Of a stretch of DNA of 64,000 bases, positions 61,991 to 64,000 are shown in pieces. The DNA is taken from the NCBI GenBank assembly GCA_963776245.1, contig CAVZLN010000006.1, positions 320,001 through 384,000 of the forward strand, written 5' to 3'. The notes beneath the pieces were generated by a model. That model worked only from the letters and a program-made list of their open reading frames with translations. It was not told the DNA's origin and did no database searches. The position numbers were made by a program, and so were the translations under genes. The stretch is from Candidatus Eiseniibacteriota bacterium (lineage in GTDB: Bacteria; Eisenbacteria; RBG-16-71-46). Positions within the stretch are counted from its first letter, which is position 1. Each line of letters begins with the position of its first letter.

Positions 61991-62020
61991 AGTCTAGGCG
62001 CGGCTTCGCGCGAGTGTCAA
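61991..62020 (-). promoter_or_regulatory. Putative sigma70 promoter for ychF
   Basis: TTGACA-18 bp-TAGACT; the -35 overlaps the upstream gene's TGA. Confidence 0.62.
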
Positions 62021-62265
62021 TCGGCGGACGTGGGCTTTCGCTGATACTCGCGCGCGAGCGCCATCTGGAGTTCGGCCGTCACGCGGACCGGGACCTCCAC
62101 ACGACTCCCCGCCTGATAGAGGATGATGGTCTTCTTGACCGTGTCCACCTCCACCTGGCAATTGCGGCACTTGGCGAGGTGCGCCTCGATCGAACGGCAC
62201 AACTCCTGCCGAGCGTCTTCATCGAGGTAATCAGCGAGCTGGTCGAGGACTTCCTGACAGTCCAC
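62017..62265 (-). CDS. Zinc-binding anti-sigma factor (zf-HC2/ZAS), small and soluble
   Basis: 'DCQEVLDQLADYLD...IEAHLAKCRNC' (HxxxCxxC); purine-rich GGAGAAAGG before the GTG. Confidence 0.88.
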   Translation of the reverse strand: MDCQEVLDQLADYLDEDARQELCRSIEAHLAKCRNCQVEVDTVKKTIILYQAGSRVEVPVRVTAELQMALAREYQRKPTSAD

Positions 62266-62650
62266 AGCCTTTCTCCGATGTCTGGCCTGGGGGAACTGGT
62301 GCGACCTCGGTCGATGTTCTGCTGCTGATGCCTTGGGTGGTCCTGGGGGGCCCTGAAGGCGACTCGGTGATCTCAGACTCCGCGGGGTGCAGACCGGCGC
62401 GGCGCCGGGGTGGTGCTCCATGTCATCAGGTCTAGATGCGGCAAAGTCGTGATGGTTTTACCGGATTGTGACATGGCTCGGGGGATTCTAGCGTCAGCCG
62501 ACCGGATTGGCCAACCGGGGGGGTCGGCGCCACAGCCGGGGGGGCCGGCTCATGGACGCTCGGAGACCGGCGGGGGACTGAGCAGGATGCACTGTCGTAC
62601 CGGCCTTCCAGTTCTTCCAGATGCGCGCAATCTCCCACGGTTTCCGAGAA

Positions 62651-62726
62651 TGGTGACCCGTGCTGGGATCGAACCAGCGACTCCCTGCTTAAAAGGCAGG
62701 TGCTCTACCGACTGAGCTAACGGGTC
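62651..62726 (-). tRNA. tRNA-Lys (anticodon UUU), CCA encoded
   Basis: GACCCGT-TA-GCTCAGTCGGTAGAGC-A-CCTGC-CTTTTAA-GCAGG-GAGTC-GCTGG-TTCGATC-CCAGC-ACGGGTC-ACCA, 76 nt. Confidence 0.97.
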
Positions 62727-62799
62727 ACCGCGGTGGGCGCGTGGACGAGGTGGGAGACCGTCGGCTCGTGGACGCGACCGGCCCCCTCCCGCCGGGTCA

Positions 62800-62828
62800 G
62801 TTATAGGGGGAAGCCCCGAGCGGGGCAA
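62800..62828 (-). promoter_or_regulatory. Putative sigma70 promoter for tRNA-Lys
   Basis: TTGCCC-17 bp-TATAAC. Confidence 0.62.
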
Positions 62829-62855
62829 CCGGGCATCCGTCCAGCGGCGTCCGGA

Positions 62856-64000
62856 TCATCGTCTCCGGATATCCGCCATCCAGTTCACGACCACGGTGGT
62901 GGTGGGCAGCGACCGGCTCGCGGTGGGCGTGAACAGGAAGAAGGACTGGTCATCCGCCGTCACGGCGTAATGGGCGCGCTGTCCCCCGGGAAGAGCACCC
63001 GGGCGGTGAACAGGGCCTGCGGCGTTCCGGGGTCGAACGAGGGCGTGGTGCGCACCGGGACCGACATCATCTGCTGGTCGGGCGAGAGGTAGTAGATCGC
63101 GTGGCCGCTCGCGCTCCAGCGTGGATCGCTCCCGCCATGGGTCGAGACCTGCCACTTGTCGCTCCGGTCCGGATAGGTCTGGACGTACACCTCGTCGTGA
63201 CCGGACTCGTCCGAGACGTAGGCCAGGTAGCGCCCGTCGGGCGAGAGCTTGCCGTCGTACTCGTTGAACGCGCCGTTGAGGAACGGCCGGGGCTTGTGGT
63301 CACCGGCGGTGGGCAGCGTCCAGATGTCGGTGCTCGACGCGGTGGCGAGATCGTACACGATGGTGCTCCCGTCCCGGGACCAGTCCTTGAGCGTGGCCTC
63401 CTCGGTCAGGGCGGCCAGCGTCTCGGTCTCGCCCGATCCCGTGAGTCGCTTGGCGATGATCCCGGATGCGCCGGGCGCGTCCGACCAGTAGGCGATGCGC
63501 TTCCCATCGGGCGACCAGAGCGGGTAGTTCTCGTTCGTCTTCTCGAAGGTGAACCGGGTCGAGATGTCCCGGGTGCGGTCGATGAGCCAGATGTCGCGCG
63601 TGCGCGTCTGGGGATCGACCACGCGGACCGCGAGCCGTCGCTCGTCGGGTGAGAGCATGGGCATCAGCGCCCCCGTCTGCGAGGGCAGCGTGCGCCGCAG
63701 CTTGCCGGTCCGGTCGAGCTCCACCAGCTCGCCGGATTCGGTCGAGCGCGTGGAATAGGCGAGGACGCCGTTGTCGGAGGCGCCGAAGTCCGAGCCCCCC
63801 ACCGCGCTCGATCCCACCTGTTCCGCCACCGGGACGGGCTCGCCCCCGAGCTTCAGCGCGCGCACGTCGAAGCGCTGGATGACGAGGGATCCGCCGCGGG
63901 AGAACAGCAGGTAGCCGGGCGGCACGTACTGAACCTGGGACTCGCACGGTCCGAGGTCGCGGTGCTTCTCGGAATCGAGGGAACCGACGCGCAGCGTGGG
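62856..64000 (-). CDS. C-terminal PD40/TolB-like beta-propeller, 5' end outside window (often fused to a Ser/Thr kinase); frameshift near 62990
   Basis: 'LSPDERRLA', 'PLWSPDGKRI', 'LSPDGRYLAYVSDESGHDEVYVQ', 'KWQVSTHGG', terminal 'VVVNW'. Confidence 0.8.

Noticed and set aside
62280..62480. Known ncRNA (6S, c-di-GMP riboswitch, SRP) in the tRNA/anti-sigma gap
   Set aside because: I could not match any of these consensus motifs by eye; the region is kept only as an unnamed candidate.
62266..62726. tRNA-Lys as an integration site, with AT-richer DNA downstream
   Set aside because: No integrase, duplicated tRNA 3' end or mobile cargo was seen.
1..64000. CRISPR array, transposase, prophage or defence system
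   Set aside because: No regularly spaced repeats and no cas, transposase, integrase or phage motifs were seen; the many short GC palindromes are expected at this composition.

Overview
High-GC (visibly GC-rich) diderm bacterial chromosome segment, almost all on the minus strand. The FlgD/T9SS-CTD-like tail, DUF2723, PD40 propeller and meso-DAP-type MurE suggest an FCB-related candidate lineage such as Eisenbacteria (inference only). Left to right: a PatA/PimA-like acyltransferase-glycosyltransferase-MFS trio, a zinc-ribbon protein, recG, rpmB and a TPR protein. Next is the dcw cluster (mraZ, an unusual STAS gene, rsmH, ftsL, ftsI, murE, murF, mraY, murD, ftsW, murG, murC, ftsQ, ftsA, ftsZ), with its promoter and four MraZ boxes visible. 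A ~29 kb glycosylation locus follows: four GT-C-type membrane proteins including a TMEM260/DUF2723 homolog and YfhO, two polyprenol-phosphate sugar synthases, two flippases, HddA/HddC, AsnB, a FemAB-like GNAT and a PorZ-like propeller. It is packed directly behind an FMN-riboswitch-led ribD-ribE-ribBA-ribH-nusB operon. The right end has a GT4, a small beta-barrel, a divergent YchF, an orphan zinc anti-sigma factor, tRNA-Lys(UUU) and a partial PD40 propeller gene. Many genes, including essential ones, carry frameshifts that look like assembly indel errors, so their boundaries were stitched by eye. No mobile element or CRISPR array was seen.
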